From Bacteroidales bacterium (GTDB lineage Bacteria > Bacteroidota > Bacteroidia > Bacteroidales > UBA7960), in contig JBKBSF010000019.1 in assembly GCA_046291875.1 (NCBI GenBank), forward strand, positions 19,111-83,110: a DNA stretch of 64,000 nt, read 5' to 3'. Positions within the stretch are counted from its first letter, which is position 1. Each line of letters begins with the position of its first letter. Under the pieces are notes generated by a model. The model was not told the DNA's origin. It searched no databases and saw nothing but the letters and a program-made list of their open reading frames with translations. Below, one piece after another: positions 37,829 to 47,963 of the stretch. Position numbers and translations under genes: made by a program.

Positions 37829-38722
37829 TCAGGGTTGTTTTACGCTACCTTTCAGCTGTTTGTAGAGCAGGCTCACAATACCATCGCTAAGGCCGATTTT
37901 GGGCACCAACAGGACTCGTGCCTGCATAATCTTCATGATAAAATGAAAGATCTCTGCAGCAGGCACTATTACATCGGCCCGGTCGGGTCTGAGGCCCATC
38001 AGCTCGATACGCTGCTGCAGGCTGAAACTGTTGAGATGCTTCAATGCATATTCCAGGTTGACAAAGGGGAGGGTTTTTTCGGGCACCCTGCCATAAAGCT
38101 TGGCTATTTTATTGATGTTGCCCCCGGAGCCTACACACAATATTTCATGAAAGAGACCCTGGTATTGTCGCAGCCATTGCTCCATATGTTGCCATTCGTC
38201 TTGCTGTACCATGCCTTTTAGCATCCGCACCGTACCCAGTCGAAAACTGCTGTTTGCAATAAGGCCTTGTTGCGATATAATGGACAACTCAGTGCTTCCT
38301 CCACCCACATCAATGAACAGTGTATACCGATGCTGGCGCACCTCCTGAAGGTTTTGCACTGCACTTACAATACGTGCTTCCTCCACCCCATCAATTATTT
38401 CTATGTCAATGCCCGCTTTATCGGCAATTCGACTGATCACTTCCTGGTTGTTGCGTGCTTCGCGCATGGCAGAGGTGGCGCAGGCTTTCCAGGCTACCGG
38501 TTCGTTTACCTCGATTAGCAACCGAAAGGCCTTCATGGTTTTTATGAGCTTTTTGATCTTCTCCTCACTGATCTTATGCTGGGTAAAAACATCCTCCCCC
38601 AACCGTATCGGCACCCGCATTAGTGAGGCTTTCTCTACCACGATCTGTCCTTCCTGCTCAAATACATTGGAGAAAAACAAGCGAACTGCATTGGATCCTA
38701 TATCAATAGCCGACAATAACAT
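37829..38722 (-). CDS. Ppx/GppA-family phosphatase (short form, exopolyphosphatase or pppGpp 5'-phosphohydrolase)
   Basis: 297 aa. MLLSAIDIGSNAVRLFF and LFIDVGGGSTEL are ASKHA-fold phosphate-binding motifs of Ppx/GppA. Its start is 5 nt after the ppk1 stop. Confidence 0.85.
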   Translation of the reverse strand: MLLSAIDIGSNAVRLFFSNVFEQEGQIVVEKASLMRVPIRLGEDVFTQHKISEEKIKKLIKTMKAFRLLIEVNEPVAWKACATSAMREARNNQEVISRIADKAGIDIEIIDGVEEARIVSAVQNLQEVRQHRYTLFIDVGGGSTELSIISQQGLIANSSFRLGTVRMLKGMVQQDEWQHMEQWLRQYQGLFHEILCVGSGGNINKIAKLYGRVPEKTLPFVNLEYALKHLNSFSLQQRIELMGLRPDRADVIVPAAEIFHFIMKIMQARVLLVPKIGLSDGIVSLLYKQLKGSVKQP

Positions 38723-38727
38723 GGGCG

Positions 38728-40785
38728 CTAATGTTGATAGAACTGGTTCTTGAAATACTGGTAAGTCTCGGTTTGCGACCGAAATGGGGGTAGTCCATCC
38801 AATCTGTAATCATTCAGAGTATCTTCACCCAGCAAACGGGCTTTTACATTGTCTTTCCACTGGATATCGAGCACCGTTTGGATATCCCTTTTCAGATCTT
38901 CGTCCCATACAGGTACTCCCACTTCAATGCGATGATCCAGGTTGCGTGCCATCAGGTCGGCTGAAGAAATATAGTACCGAGGATCGCCATTATTGTGAAA
39001 GACAAAGATGCGCGCATGCTCCAGGAAACGATCCACAATACTGATCACTTCCACATTTTCGCTCAGGCCTTTAACACCGGGCACCAGCACACAGATTCCC
39101 CTGATAATCAACCTGAACTTAACTCCGGCCTTTGATGCAGCATAGATTTTCTTCACGAGGGTTTCATCGACCAGGGAGTTGAGTTTCATGGTTACCATAG
39201 CAGGAAAGCCTGCTTTTGCATGGGCCATCTCCCGGTTTATCATCTGTGTAATAAACTGTCGTGTTCTGATAGGCGATACGACCAGGTGCCTGAACGAAAC
39301 AGGCGACATATAGGCTTTCTCGAACATCCCGAATACCTGATCTACTTCTTCGGCCAGTTGAGGATTGGCTGTGAGCAGACTGCAATCGGTATAGATGCGG
39401 CTTGTGGTTTCATTGAAATTGCCTGTGCCAATGTTGGCATACATCTTCATGGCCTTGCCCTCCTTTCGTTTGATAAGGATGAGTTTGGAGTGCACCTTAA
39501 GCCCGGCAGTACCATGAATAAGATTAACCCCTTCTTCCAGCATCTTCTCCGACCAATAGATGTTGGCCTGCTCATCGAACCGGGCCTGCAATTCCAGGTA
39601 AACGGTAACCTCCTTGCCATTGCGCACCGCATTGATGAGGGCATTGACCACCTTTGAAGTTTTTGCCACCCGGTACAAGGTCATCTTGATGGCTTTTACC
39701 CTGGGATCAATGGAGGCTTCGCGCAGCAGATCGATAATATACTGGAAGGATTGATAGGGGAAATGCAGCATAATATCGCGTTCGCGAATGGCCGCCAGTA
39801 TACTCCTGCTGCCCGAAAGGTAGCGGTTGGGCAGCGGGGGCAGAGGTTCATATTCAAGGTGAGGGCCACCCACATTGGGAAAAGACATAAAGTCCTTGAA
39901 ATTATGGTAACGCCCCCCTTTTACAAGGTTATCCCGTGCAGAAATCCTGAGCCTGTCCATGATCATTCGCAGCATTCCCTGTGGCATCTGGGAATCATAG
40001 ACAAAACGTACAGGTCTGCCTTTTTTGCGCTGCTTGAGGCTTTCGCTCATGCGCTCCATGAGGCTTTTGGAAACATCGTTGTCGATCTCCATCTCCGCAT
40101 CGCGGGTAATTTTCGCGGTAAATGCCTCAAATTCATCATATTCAAAAATAGAAAAGATATCTGCCAGGTTATAGCGAATTACATCATCCAGCAGAATGAT
40201 GTAGTTATTGTCTTCTTTTTTGGGAAGTATAAGGAAACGTGGCACCACAGAGGTGGGCACCTTTATCAGGGCATAATCATCCTTTATGGATCGGTCTTTC
40301 TTGCGCAGATGCACTGCCAGATAAATGGACTTATCTTTCAGGGATGTACTTTTCCTGAAATTCTTGATCATGATGGGAAAAAGATTGGAACGTACCTGGT
40401 CGCGGAAATACTGCCGCACAAAGGCTCCCTGATCATCGCTGAGCTGGTTTTCATTTACAATAAAGATCTTTTCGTTTTCCAGTTCAACACGCAACTGACT
40501 GAAGATCTCTGCAAATCGCTGTTGCAGCACAAAATCCATTCTTGATATTTTCCCCAGTAGTTTCTCGGGTGATTCGCGCAGGGAGTGTTCCGGGTCAGGG
40601 AAATCGCGCAATCGCCGCCAGGTAGCTACCCTTATCCTGAAAAACTCATCCAGATTGTTGGAGAAAATCCCCAGAAACCGCAGCCTCTCCACCAACGGAA
40701 CCCGCGGATCGGCGGCTTCCTGCAATACCCTTTCATTAAACGACAACCAACTGATTTCGCGGTTGATAAGGGGTTTCTTCTTCAT
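38728..40785 (-). CDS. ppk: polyphosphate kinase 1
   Basis: 685 aa. NREISWLSFNERVLQEAAD, FLGIFSNNLDEFF and the PLD-like LKVHSKLILI. Confidence 0.95.
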   Translation of the reverse strand: MKKKPLINREISWLSFNERVLQEAADPRVPLVERLRFLGIFSNNLDEFFRIRVATWRRLRDFPDPEHSLRESPEKLLGKISRMDFVLQQRFAEIFSQLRVELENEKIFIVNENQLSDDQGAFVRQYFRDQVRSNLFPIMIKNFRKSTSLKDKSIYLAVHLRKKDRSIKDDYALIKVPTSVVPRFLILPKKEDNNYIILLDDVIRYNLADIFSIFEYDEFEAFTAKITRDAEMEIDNDVSKSLMERMSESLKQRKKGRPVRFVYDSQMPQGMLRMIMDRLRISARDNLVKGGRYHNFKDFMSFPNVGGPHLEYEPLPPLPNRYLSGSRSILAAIRERDIMLHFPYQSFQYIIDLLREASIDPRVKAIKMTLYRVAKTSKVVNALINAVRNGKEVTVYLELQARFDEQANIYWSEKMLEEGVNLIHGTAGLKVHSKLILIKRKEGKAMKMYANIGTGNFNETTSRIYTDCSLLTANPQLAEEVDQVFGMFEKAYMSPVSFRHLVVSPIRTRQFITQMINREMAHAKAGFPAMVTMKLNSLVDETLVKKIYAASKAGVKFRLIIRGICVLVPGVKGLSENVEVISIVDRFLEHARIFVFHNNGDPRYYISSADLMARNLDHRIEVGVPVWDEDLKRDIQTVLDIQWKDNVKARLLGEDTLNDYRLDGLPPFRSQTETYQYFKNQFYQH

Positions 40786-40979
40786 AGTACAATCGGGGTT
40801 AAAGTGGCGGAATCACTAATAAAATGGAAGAACAGGTCTTTTTGTTGTGCAGCATTAAAAATTTAAGCCTGCAATATTGCAAAAGAAAGCCCAACCACAT
40901 GTTAAATCGCGGTTAATTTTTTTTTGATGATGCTTCAGTTGCCTGCACCAAAACCCAGAGCACATCTCAAAGCATTACA

Positions 40980-41471
40980 TCAGAGGTCTTTAGGAAACAC
41001 CACAAAAGGGATTTCACGTGCAGCCATCATGATATTCTCCCATTTATCGGTCATAAATCTTATGCAAACCACTGCCGAAGTGGGCATATAATCAACCTTT
41101 TCGACAAGAAAAACATTGGCGAACCGGGTCATGTCTGGGTTATGCCCCACCAGCATCACGTGGTTTCTGTTATCGGGCAAACCATACACAACATTTTCAA
41201 TGGCCTGGGCTCCTGAGAAATACAATTGACTGTCGATAAGGATCTCCTCCCTGCTGTAACCCAACCCTTCGGCCAGAATACATGCTGTTGCATAAGCCCT
41301 CAGGGCATGGCTGGAAACAATCAGGTCAGGAGCAACCTGCTGCTTCTTCAGATAGGTAACAATGCGCCGGGTTCTTTTTTCTCCCTTGGGCAACAGGTCC
41401 CTTTCATGATCCTCCTTTGCCAGATCCTCCCACGAGGATTTGGCATGCCTCACAAGATAGAGCGTTTTCAT
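40980..41471 (-). CDS. SixA-like histidine phosphatase superfamily protein
   Basis: 163 aa. LYLVRHAKSSWE is the RHG-type catalytic motif. SSHALRAYATA and LVGHNPDM are also present. Confidence 0.8.
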   Translation of the reverse strand: MKTLYLVRHAKSSWEDLAKEDHERDLLPKGEKRTRRIVTYLKKQQVAPDLIVSSHALRAYATACILAEGLGYSREEILIDSQLYFSGAQAIENVVYGLPDNRNHVMLVGHNPDMTRFANVFLVEKVDYMPTSAVVCIRFMTDKWENIMMAAREIPFVVFPKDL

Positions 41472-41610
41472 TGTACTTTTTGTTTGGTTGGATGTAAAAA
41501 TGCTAATATTTTGAGGAAAAACAAAAAATATAACATTAATTTTTATCCATGATCGCTATCATGCTATCCCATTGTTTATCCAAAAAAAGCAGCTGCCAGA
41601 CAAACGGGCA

Positions 41611-41649
41611 CAAAAAAACCATGCAAATCAGAGCTGACTTGCATGGTTT
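41611..41649 (-). terminator. intrinsic terminator downstream of glyA
   Basis: AAACCATGCAA...TTGCATGGTTT (11-bp stem), followed by a T7 run on the minus strand. Confidence 0.7.
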
Positions 41650-41677
41650 GAAAATTCAGTGAGGTTTGCTACCGGGC

Positions 41678-42958
41678 CTACCAGGCAAAAAGCGGAAACT
41701 GACCCATCAGGTCGTTCACTTTCTTGCGGACACTTGCAATTACCTGCTCATTGTCGATATTGGAGATTACCTCATCAATAAAGTCGACAATCTGTACCAC
41801 ATGCTCCTCTTTCAACCCACGGGTAGTAACGGCAGGCGTGCCGATACGGATACCTGAAGTCTGGAAAGGAGAACGACTATCGAAAGGAACCATGTTTTTA
41901 TTGATGGTGATATCAGCAAGCACCAGCGTATTCTCTACTTTCTTACCTGTAATATCCGGAAACTTCGAACGCAGGTCGATAAGCATCAAGTGGTTGTCGG
42001 TACCATTGGAAGTTACGTGATATCCTTTGCTGATAAAAGCATGGGCCATAGCTTGTGCATTTTTCATTACCTGTTCGCCATACTGGCGGAAAGAGGGTTT
42101 CAGAGCTTCGCCAAAGGCTACTGCCTTGGCGGCAATAACATGCTCCAGGGGTCCGCCTTGGGTGCCGGGGAATACTGCCGAATCAAGGATTTGCGACATC
42201 ATTTTGATTTCTCCCTTGGGGGTTTTGTGGCCCCAGGGGTTTTCAAAATCTTTCCCTATAAGGATCAGACCTCCACGGGGGCCTCTCAGGGTTTTATGTG
42301 TTGTGGTAGTAATGATATGGCAATGAGGCAGCGGATCGTTGAGTAGTTTGGCAGCAATAAGTCCGGCAGGGTGAGCGATATCGGCCATCAGGATAGCACC
42401 AACCTTGTCAGCGATCTGGCGCATACGGGCAAAATCCCAGTCGCGCGGATAAGCCGAAGCACCCGCCACAATGAGTTTGGGTTTTTCGCGCAGGGCTACC
42501 TGCTCCATCTGGTCGTAATCGATACGTCCATCAGCTTCTTTAACTTCATAGGCTACCGGGCGGTAAAGGATTCCTGAAAGGTTTACAGGTGCACCGTGCG
42601 AAAGGTGTCCGCCATGGCTCAGATCGAGCCCCATGAAAGTATCACCAGGCTGCAGGCAGGCAAGAAAAACCGCTGCATTGGCCTGGGCTCCGCTGTGGGG
42701 TTGTACATTGGCCCACTCGGCACCAAAAAGCTCTTTGGCCCGGTCAATGGCAAGCTGCTCGGTTTGATCTACAATCTGACAGCCGCCATAATAACGTTTG
42801 CCGGGATATCCTTCTGCATATTTGTTGGTAAGCACACTGCCCATGGCTTGCATGACCTGCTCGCTTACAAAATTCTCTGAAGCAATCAGCTCAACACCAT
42901 GCAACTGGCGTTGCTTTTCCTGCTCAATAAGGTCAAAAATTTGATGATCTCTTTCCAT
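41678..42958 (-). CDS. glyA: serine hydroxymethyltransferase
   Basis: 426 aa. VELIASENF and [14 protein letters not shown] (PLP lysine motif). Confidence 0.96.
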   Translation of the reverse strand: MERDHQIFDLIEQEKQRQLHGVELIASENFVSEQVMQAMGSVLTNKYAEGYPGKRYYGGCQIVDQTEQLAIDRAKELFGAEWANVQPHSGAQANAAVFLACLQPGDTFMGLDLSHGGHLSHGAPVNLSGILYRPVAYEVKEADGRIDYDQMEQVALREKPKLIVAGASAYPRDWDFARMRQIADKVGAILMADIAHPAGLIAAKLLNDPLPHCHIITTTTHKTLRGPRGGLILIGKDFENPWGHKTPKGEIKMMSQILDSAVFPGTQGGPLEHVIAAKAVAFGEALKPSFRQYGEQVMKNAQAMAHAFISKGYHVTSNGTDNHLMLIDLRSKFPDITGKKVENTLVLADITINKNMVPFDSRSPFQTSGIRIGTPAVTTRGLKEEHVVQIVDFIDEVISNIDNEQVIASVRKKVNDLMGQFPLFAW

Positions 42959-43013
42959 AATTGTGACTGTATCTTGTATTAGTGTTTTGAAAAATAAGCA
43001 GTTAAAACTGCGG

Positions 43014-43021
43014 CAAAATTA
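43014..43021 (-). promoter_or_regulatory. -7 box TAATTTTG (minus strand) upstream of glyA
   Basis: Plus-strand CAAAATTA is the reverse complement of TAATTTTG. It lies 56 nt upstream of the glyA start. Confidence 0.4.
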
Positions 43022-43121
43022 GCAATATTTTCCAAATGGGATATTTTAACAAGGGGCATTATCCTAAAAACTCTAAATTTACCGCCGGAAAACAAAAAAT
43101 CACCTTTAACGCCCAGTACAT

Positions 43122-45725
43122 ATGATCAGATCCCTTTTTGTTCTGCTGCTTGTGGCAGCCAGTCTTTTCAGGGGCCATGCCGAAAACCGCCTGGCCATAT
43201 CGCAGTGGCTCAGCATAGAGCCCCATACGGTGGAAATGCCAACCTTTCACCAGCAGCCCAACACCCGCGGAAACACTTTTGAGCTCCGCAACCTTCTCGA
43301 CTTTAATCACATTCAATTCCAGAACCACTTTCCGGCTCCTGCCAAGGTCCTTACTCATATCAATGGAAGGGATCTTACCTGGAATGCTGTTTTTACAGAT
43401 GCCAACGGATATGTATTTCTGGAACAAGAGACTTCAGATCCTGACATTAAAGTGGCCTATCTGGCTGTATACATCCAGGCTGACCGATACATTCATACCA
43501 ACCTTGAAATAAAAAGCCCCCACATGTTAAGGGTTTGGCTCAATGGCGAACCTATTGGCACCAAAGGCACCACAGAGCAGGAAGAGAACACTGTTGGCAA
43601 AGTAAACAGAGACTTGAAGCTGGAAAGAGGCAAGCATCTGCTGCTGATCAAAACCCTGCGTCCTGCCCAGGCCGCCCTGGACTGGAAAGTAATGGCCAGC
43701 CTTGAAGTAAAAGCCCCCTGGCAGATAGAAGACCTCAGCATTTCCACAGAGCCGCTCACCCGCAAAAACATTTCGCATATTCTTGATGGTGTGAAGATCA
43801 CCAGCATTGAGCCTTCGCACGATGGCAAATACTACAGCGTGAATTTCAGCCGAGCTCAGCCCCCTTCCGATCAGGCTGAACGCTGGACAGAGATACGTCG
43901 TGCCGACGACCGCAGGCTGATGCACAGCTTCCGCCATGCGCGCATAACGCAGGGGCAATGGCTACCCAACAGCAACCGCTTTTCCTTTGTAAACACCAGT
44001 GGAGGGAAATCCAGCCTGTTTGTATTGGATCTGGATAATTCGCAGATCATTACAATGCTGGAAGAGATGGAAAACTTCAGTGGCTACCGCTGGGCTCCCA
44101 ACGAGGAGTTTATCATATATACCCTTCGCGAGGAAGGCAGCAGAACCGATACCGATATAAGGCAGGTGCTGGGCATGCAGGACAGGCAGGCCCATTTCAG
44201 GCACCGCAGCTTTTTGTATCGTTTCCACATTGCTTCTGCCACCCATCAAAGACTTACCTTCGGCAACCTCACCACATCGCTGCAGGATATCAGCCCCGAC
44301 AGCAGGCAGATCCTCTTCAGCCAGAGCTTTCCAGATTATACCCAGCGCCCCTTTTCGCGGCAGAATATGTTTATCCTGCATCTGGCCGATATGCGTCTGG
44401 ATACTTTGTGGATGGATGAACTCAGGGGGGTGAGTGCCTCCTTTTCACCCGATGGCCGCTTCCTGCTTGCCACCGGAGGCCCTTCTGCCTTCGGAGGGAT
44501 CGGAGAAAACGTTCCGGAGGGAATGATACCCAATAACTACGACACCCAGGCCTACATATACGAAATTGCAAGTGGCAAGGTAAACCCCATTACACGCAAT
44601 TTCAATCCCGATATTGCCTCCGCCCGCTGGCATAAACCCGACAACATGATCTACCTGCTTACCACCGATGAAGATTATCGTCGGTTGTACCGGTATGATG
44701 TGAGGCGCGATCGCATTGATTTTCTGGATCTTGGATGGGATTACATCTCATCCGTCAGCCTTGCCCCCAATGCCCGGTGGGCCATCATCTCAGCATCGCA
44801 AACCAATGCCCCTTCCAGGCACTTCATGCTCAATTTGCGCAACCAGCGCAGCACTGTGCTCGAAGATACCGAATCGGAGATTTACCGGCATGTGGAGTTT
44901 GGGCAAGTAAAAAACTGGGAGTTTGCCTCTTCGTCAAATACGCCCATCAAGGGAAGGGTATATTATCCGCCCGATTTTGATCCTGCTGTCAAATACCCGG
45001 TTATTATTTACTATTATGCAGGCACTACTCCTGTGGGCAGAACCTTTGGGGGTCGCTATCCATTTAATCTCTGGGCTGGCAATGGCTATCTGGTTTATGT
45101 TTTTCAGCCCAGTGGAGCAACAGGCTTCGGGCAGGAGTTTTCAGCAGCCCATGTTAACAATTGGGGGATTACCGTGGCAGACGAGATCATTGAAGGGACA
45201 CAAAAATTCCTTGAAGCGCACCCATATGCCGATGCTTCCAGGGTAGGTTGTGCAGGAGCATCCTACGGAGGGTTTATGACCATGCTGCTGATGACCCGCA
45301 CAGATATTTTTAAAGCTGCCATTTCCCATGCCGGCATCAGCTCAATCTCAAGCTACTGGGGCGAGGGTTTCTGGGGATACGCCTACAGCGCTGAAGCATC
45401 GGCCGACAGCTACCCCTGGAACAATCGCGAACTCTATGTAGAGCAAAGCCCTTTGTTTCATGCCGACAAAATCAACACCCCATTGCTGCTGATAACCGGC
45501 GATAGTGATACCAATGTACCTCCGGGCGAAAGCATACAACTCTACACAGCCCTTAAGATCCTTGACCGCCCTGTGGAGCTGGTTATGGTGAAAGGAGAAG
45601 ACCACCATATTGTAACATACAGCAAACGAAAACAATGGCACAACGTAATCATGGCATGGTGGGATAAGCACCTTAAAGACCAACCCCAATGGTGGACCGA
45701 ACAATTCCCTGAGAAAAATTACTGA
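43122..45725 (+). CDS. S9-family serine peptidase (prolyl oligopeptidase/DPP-like) with a large N-terminal beta-propeller region
   Basis: 867 aa with a signal peptide. Catalytic region has GCAGASYGGFM (GxSxG), LLITGDSDTNVP (Asp) and VKGEDHHI (His). Confidence 0.85.
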   Translation: MIRSLFVLLLVAASLFRGHAENRLAISQWLSIEPHTVEMPTFHQQPNTRGNTFELRNLLDFNHIQFQNHFPAPAKVLTHINGRDLTWNAVFTDANGYVFLEQETSDPDIKVAYLAVYIQADRYIHTNLEIKSPHMLRVWLNGEPIGTKGTTEQEENTVGKVNRDLKLERGKHLLLIKTLRPAQAALDWKVMASLEVKAPWQIEDLSISTEPLTRKNISHILDGVKITSIEPSHDGKYYSVNFSRAQPPSDQAERWTEIRRADDRRLMHSFRHARITQGQWLPNSNRFSFVNTSGGKSSLFVLDLDNSQIITMLEEMENFSGYRWAPNEEFIIYTLREEGSRTDTDIRQVLGMQDRQAHFRHRSFLYRFHIASATHQRLTFGNLTTSLQDISPDSRQILFSQSFPDYTQRPFSRQNMFILHLADMRLDTLWMDELRGVSASFSPDGRFLLATGGPSAFGGIGENVPEGMIPNNYDTQAYIYEIASGKVNPITRNFNPDIASARWHKPDNMIYLLTTDEDYRRLYRYDVRRDRIDFLDLGWDYISSVSLAPNARWAIISASQTNAPSRHFMLNLRNQRSTVLEDTESEIYRHVEFGQVKNWEFASSSNTPIKGRVYYPPDFDPAVKYPVIIYYYAGTTPVGRTFGGRYPFNLWAGNGYLVYVFQPSGATGFGQEFSAAHVNNWGITVADEIIEGTQKFLEAHPYADASRVGCAGASYGGFMTMLLMTRTDIFKAAISHAGISSISSYWGEGFWGYAYSAEASADSYPWNNRELYVEQSPLFHADKINTPLLLITGDSDTNVPPGESIQLYTALKILDRPVELVMVKGEDHHIVTYSKRKQWHNVIMAWWDKHLKDQPQWWTEQFPEKNY

Positions 45726-45752
45726 TCCATAGCTTTTTGCTAACATTGCACT

Positions 45753-45822
45753 ATCACCCGACCTGATGCATGAGACAATGGCCTGAAAACCCAACCCATG
45801 CAAACCAGCTCGGGTGATTTTT
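45753..45822 (+). terminator. long interrupted hairpin plus T-run downstream of the S9 peptidase gene
   Basis: Outer stem ATCACCCGA (45753-45761) / TCGGGTGAT (45810-45818), an inner TGCATG/CATGCA pairing, then TTTTTG. Confidence 0.4.
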
Positions 45823-45915
45823 GTTTAGAGAAAAGTTTGGAGAAAACACCTTTTTCTTAACATAAACTTAATGTTTTCATCACATGGAATTAATAATTTG
45901 GTAATACTCGGATGC

Positions 45916-45923
45916 TACTTTTG
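45916..45923 (+). promoter_or_regulatory. -7 box TACTTTTG upstream of the small CarboxypepD_reg-like gene
   Basis: TAnnTTTG match 90 nt upstream of the ATG at 46013. Confidence 0.4.
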
Positions 45924-46012
45924 TGATGTATTCGCTTGTTCTTTACTCCTGATATTCAGTAAGAGCTGGCAACAAGAAAAGACTTAAGAAGAAACAACAA
46001 AACAGATACATC

Positions 46013-46357
46013 ATGAAAAGATTTGCTCTTGCCACCCTTGCTTTTTTGGCCCTTAGCCTCAATGGTATTGCCGGAAATGTTGCCGAATTAAAAGAGAACC
46101 AGACGACATTCAGCATCAGCGGCACCGTACTTGACATTGCCACCGGCGAAGCACTTGCCGGAGTAAAAATTCAGATCTGCAACACAGAAACTGCTTATTC
46201 TGATTTTGATGGAAATTTCCTTGTCAGTGGTTTGCTTCCGGGCACCTACAAATTGTCGACCACCTACATTTCTTATCAATCCAATGAACTGGAGATCAAC
46301 CTGAACCCACAAGACCTGGAGAATATTGAAGTTAGGATAGGACAAGTAACAAAATAA
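46013..46357 (+). CDS. small secreted protein consisting of a single carboxypeptidase-regulatory-like (CarboxypepD_reg) domain
   Basis: 114 aa with signal peptide MKRFALATLAFLALSLNGIAG. ISGTVLDIATGEALAGVKIQI...DFDGNFLVSGLLPGTYKL resembles the N-terminal domain of TonB-dependent receptors, but without plug or barrel. Confidence 0.6.
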   Translation: MKRFALATLAFLALSLNGIAGNVAELKENQTTFSISGTVLDIATGEALAGVKIQICNTETAYSDFDGNFLVSGLLPGTYKLSTTYISYQSNELEINLNPQDLENIEVRIGQVTK

Positions 46358-46408
46358 ATCCTGCATTTGCAGAACCCCCCGACCCCTCCACAAAAAAGCC
46401 CCAATACT

Positions 46409-46443
46409 AAAAAAACCTTAACCGCCCGGTTGAGGTTTTTTTT
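46409..46443. terminator. bidirectional terminator between the convergent genes at 46013-46357 and 46460-46927
   Basis: A-run, AACCTTAACC-gccc-GGTTGAGGTT (one G-U pair), then a T8 run. Confidence 0.65.
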
Positions 46444-46459
46444 ACGGGAAATTAAGGTA

Positions 46460-46927
46460 TTAATCGAAGGATTTTTCACTCACCAGCTGGCCCTGCTCAT
46501 CGAACATGCGCCATGTGCCCGATCTTTGGCCATTCTTATACTCCATATCATACAGCAGCGTACCGTTTTCATCCCAGATATACCATTTGCCGTCTTTGTT
46601 TCCGTTCAGATAATGAGCAATGGCCATTTGCTGCCCGTTTTCGTTCCATTTGGTCCACTGACCGTGCATCTGCCCCATCTGATAGGAGCGAATCTCCTGG
46701 ATCTGTCCGTTGGAGAAGAAAAGGATCACCTGGCCGTCAATCTGTCCTTGCTTAATACTCATTTGCATTTTGAGTTGTTGCCCGCCCGGATAGTATTCTC
46801 TCCAGGGGCCGGAATAGAGTTGCTGATCAGGGCTGTAATACAGCCCATCAGCACCTTTGGTGATCTCCTGCCCATAAGTAATTCCCAGGGCCAGGATAAG
46901 AGAAATAGTTATCAACAATCGCTTCAT
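46460..46927 (-). CDS. secreted MORN-repeat-variant (YwqK-like) protein
   Basis: 155 aa with signal peptide MKRLLITISLILALGITYGQ. Has repeated G.W..(Y/W)...G motifs (GPWREYYPGG, GQVILFFSNG, GQWTKWNENG, GKWYIWDENG, GTWRMFDEQG). Confidence 0.7.
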   Translation of the reverse strand: MKRLLITISLILALGITYGQEITKGADGLYYSPDQQLYSGPWREYYPGGQQLKMQMSIKQGQIDGQVILFFSNGQIQEIRSYQMGQMHGQWTKWNENGQQMAIAHYLNGNKDGKWYIWDENGTLLYDMEYKNGQRSGTWRMFDEQGQLVSEKSFD

Positions 46928-47160
46928 AATTTATTTTTAGGGTGTATTCAGCTATGAAAATTCCGGAAGCAAGCTCCTTTGAGAATTTCTAAGCCGAAGC
47001 CGGATTTATACTAGGTTTTCTGTTTTCCCTATCAGCTTTCCAAACCTTTCAGGGTCATGAGTTCTAAGGCATTAAATGCTTTAACAAGTAAAGGCTAATG
47101 AATAAGTGTTATTTTGACCCAAGGTGGTTTAAAACAGCGTGTTTGCTCAAATATACGAAT

Positions 47161-47189
47161 AAAAGCTTTGCCCTGAAACCGGGCAAAGC
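47161..47189 (-). terminator. hairpin downstream of the 47262-47861 gene
   Basis: GCTTTGCCC-tgaaacc-GGGCAAAGC, followed by a T4 run on the minus strand. Confidence 0.5.
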
Positions 47190-47261
47190 AAATTTAATAT
47201 AGCAGATCGGCCCCCTGCAACTAAACAGGCAAGCAAAACTGAATATTTAAAGTATTCCGGG

Positions 47262-47861
47262 TTATAGCTCCACATCATATCGCCACTCGCGTTTTTGCAA
47301 GTCATAGCGAAGGCGATCGTCGGGCCATTCGATGATCAGTTTATTACTGAGGTGTTGCTGAAGATCACCGGCAATAAGAGCAGGAAACAGAACATCTGCA
47401 AGCTCCCTGAGCCTCTCTTCTTCCAGTACTTGTGTAACAAACTCCTCTCTGTAATCCAGTAATTCAAGATCATCACCCAACCTGAAGCTTCCGCCAATGG
47501 CTCTCCGGTTTCCCAGGGGGTGTCTGGCAGGGCGGATCATGTAAAAGAAGTGCAATCCGTTGTCATCCACATAATAGCGGTAAAAATAGTAGTTGCGCGA
47601 TTGTTCTATATAAAACTGCCGGTACCGGGGCTCCATACGTGTTAGATGATCTGCATAGCGAGGTTTTACTCCCATAAGGGTAACCACATTTACCAGCAGG
47701 GAGTCCTGCTGCTCTCTGGGGATGTACCTATCGATATGATAGGTGCCCTTAGGAGGAAAAAGAATAAAGTATGCAGCGGCAGAGAGAACGATAATCACAA
47801 TTACGGTGATGGTAAAACCTTGTGCGGCTTTTTTTGTCATGACAGGGTGTTTTTTGTGCAA
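47262..47861 (-). CDS. hypothetical N-terminally membrane-anchored protein
   Basis: 199 aa with one TM segment (FTITVIVIIVLSAAAYFILF). I recognised no family motif. Supported only by ORF length, flanking terminator and intergenic spacing. Confidence 0.5.
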   Translation of the reverse strand: MHKKHPVMTKKAAQGFTITVIVIIVLSAAAYFILFPPKGTYHIDRYIPREQQDSLLVNVVTLMGVKPRYADHLTRMEPRYRQFYIEQSRNYYFYRYYVDDNGLHFFYMIRPARHPLGNRRAIGGSFRLGDDLELLDYREEFVTQVLEEERLRELADVLFPALIAGDLQQHLSNKLIIEWPDDRLRYDLQKREWRYDVEL

Positions 47862-47963
47862 ATTGATGCTCCACAGGGAGCTTAACCAAAAGAGGTGGAA
47901 CGGATTGCTTGATCCGTTCCACCTGAGATTTTTTATGATAGATTTATGGAAAAATGCATTCCA

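Noticed and set aside
46460-46927. A YwqK-like (MORN variant) protein as the antitoxin of a toxin-antitoxin or polymorphic-toxin system.
   Set aside because: The protein has a cleavable signal peptide, so it is exported. No toxin or deaminase-like gene is adjacent, and the flanking genes are separated by terminators.
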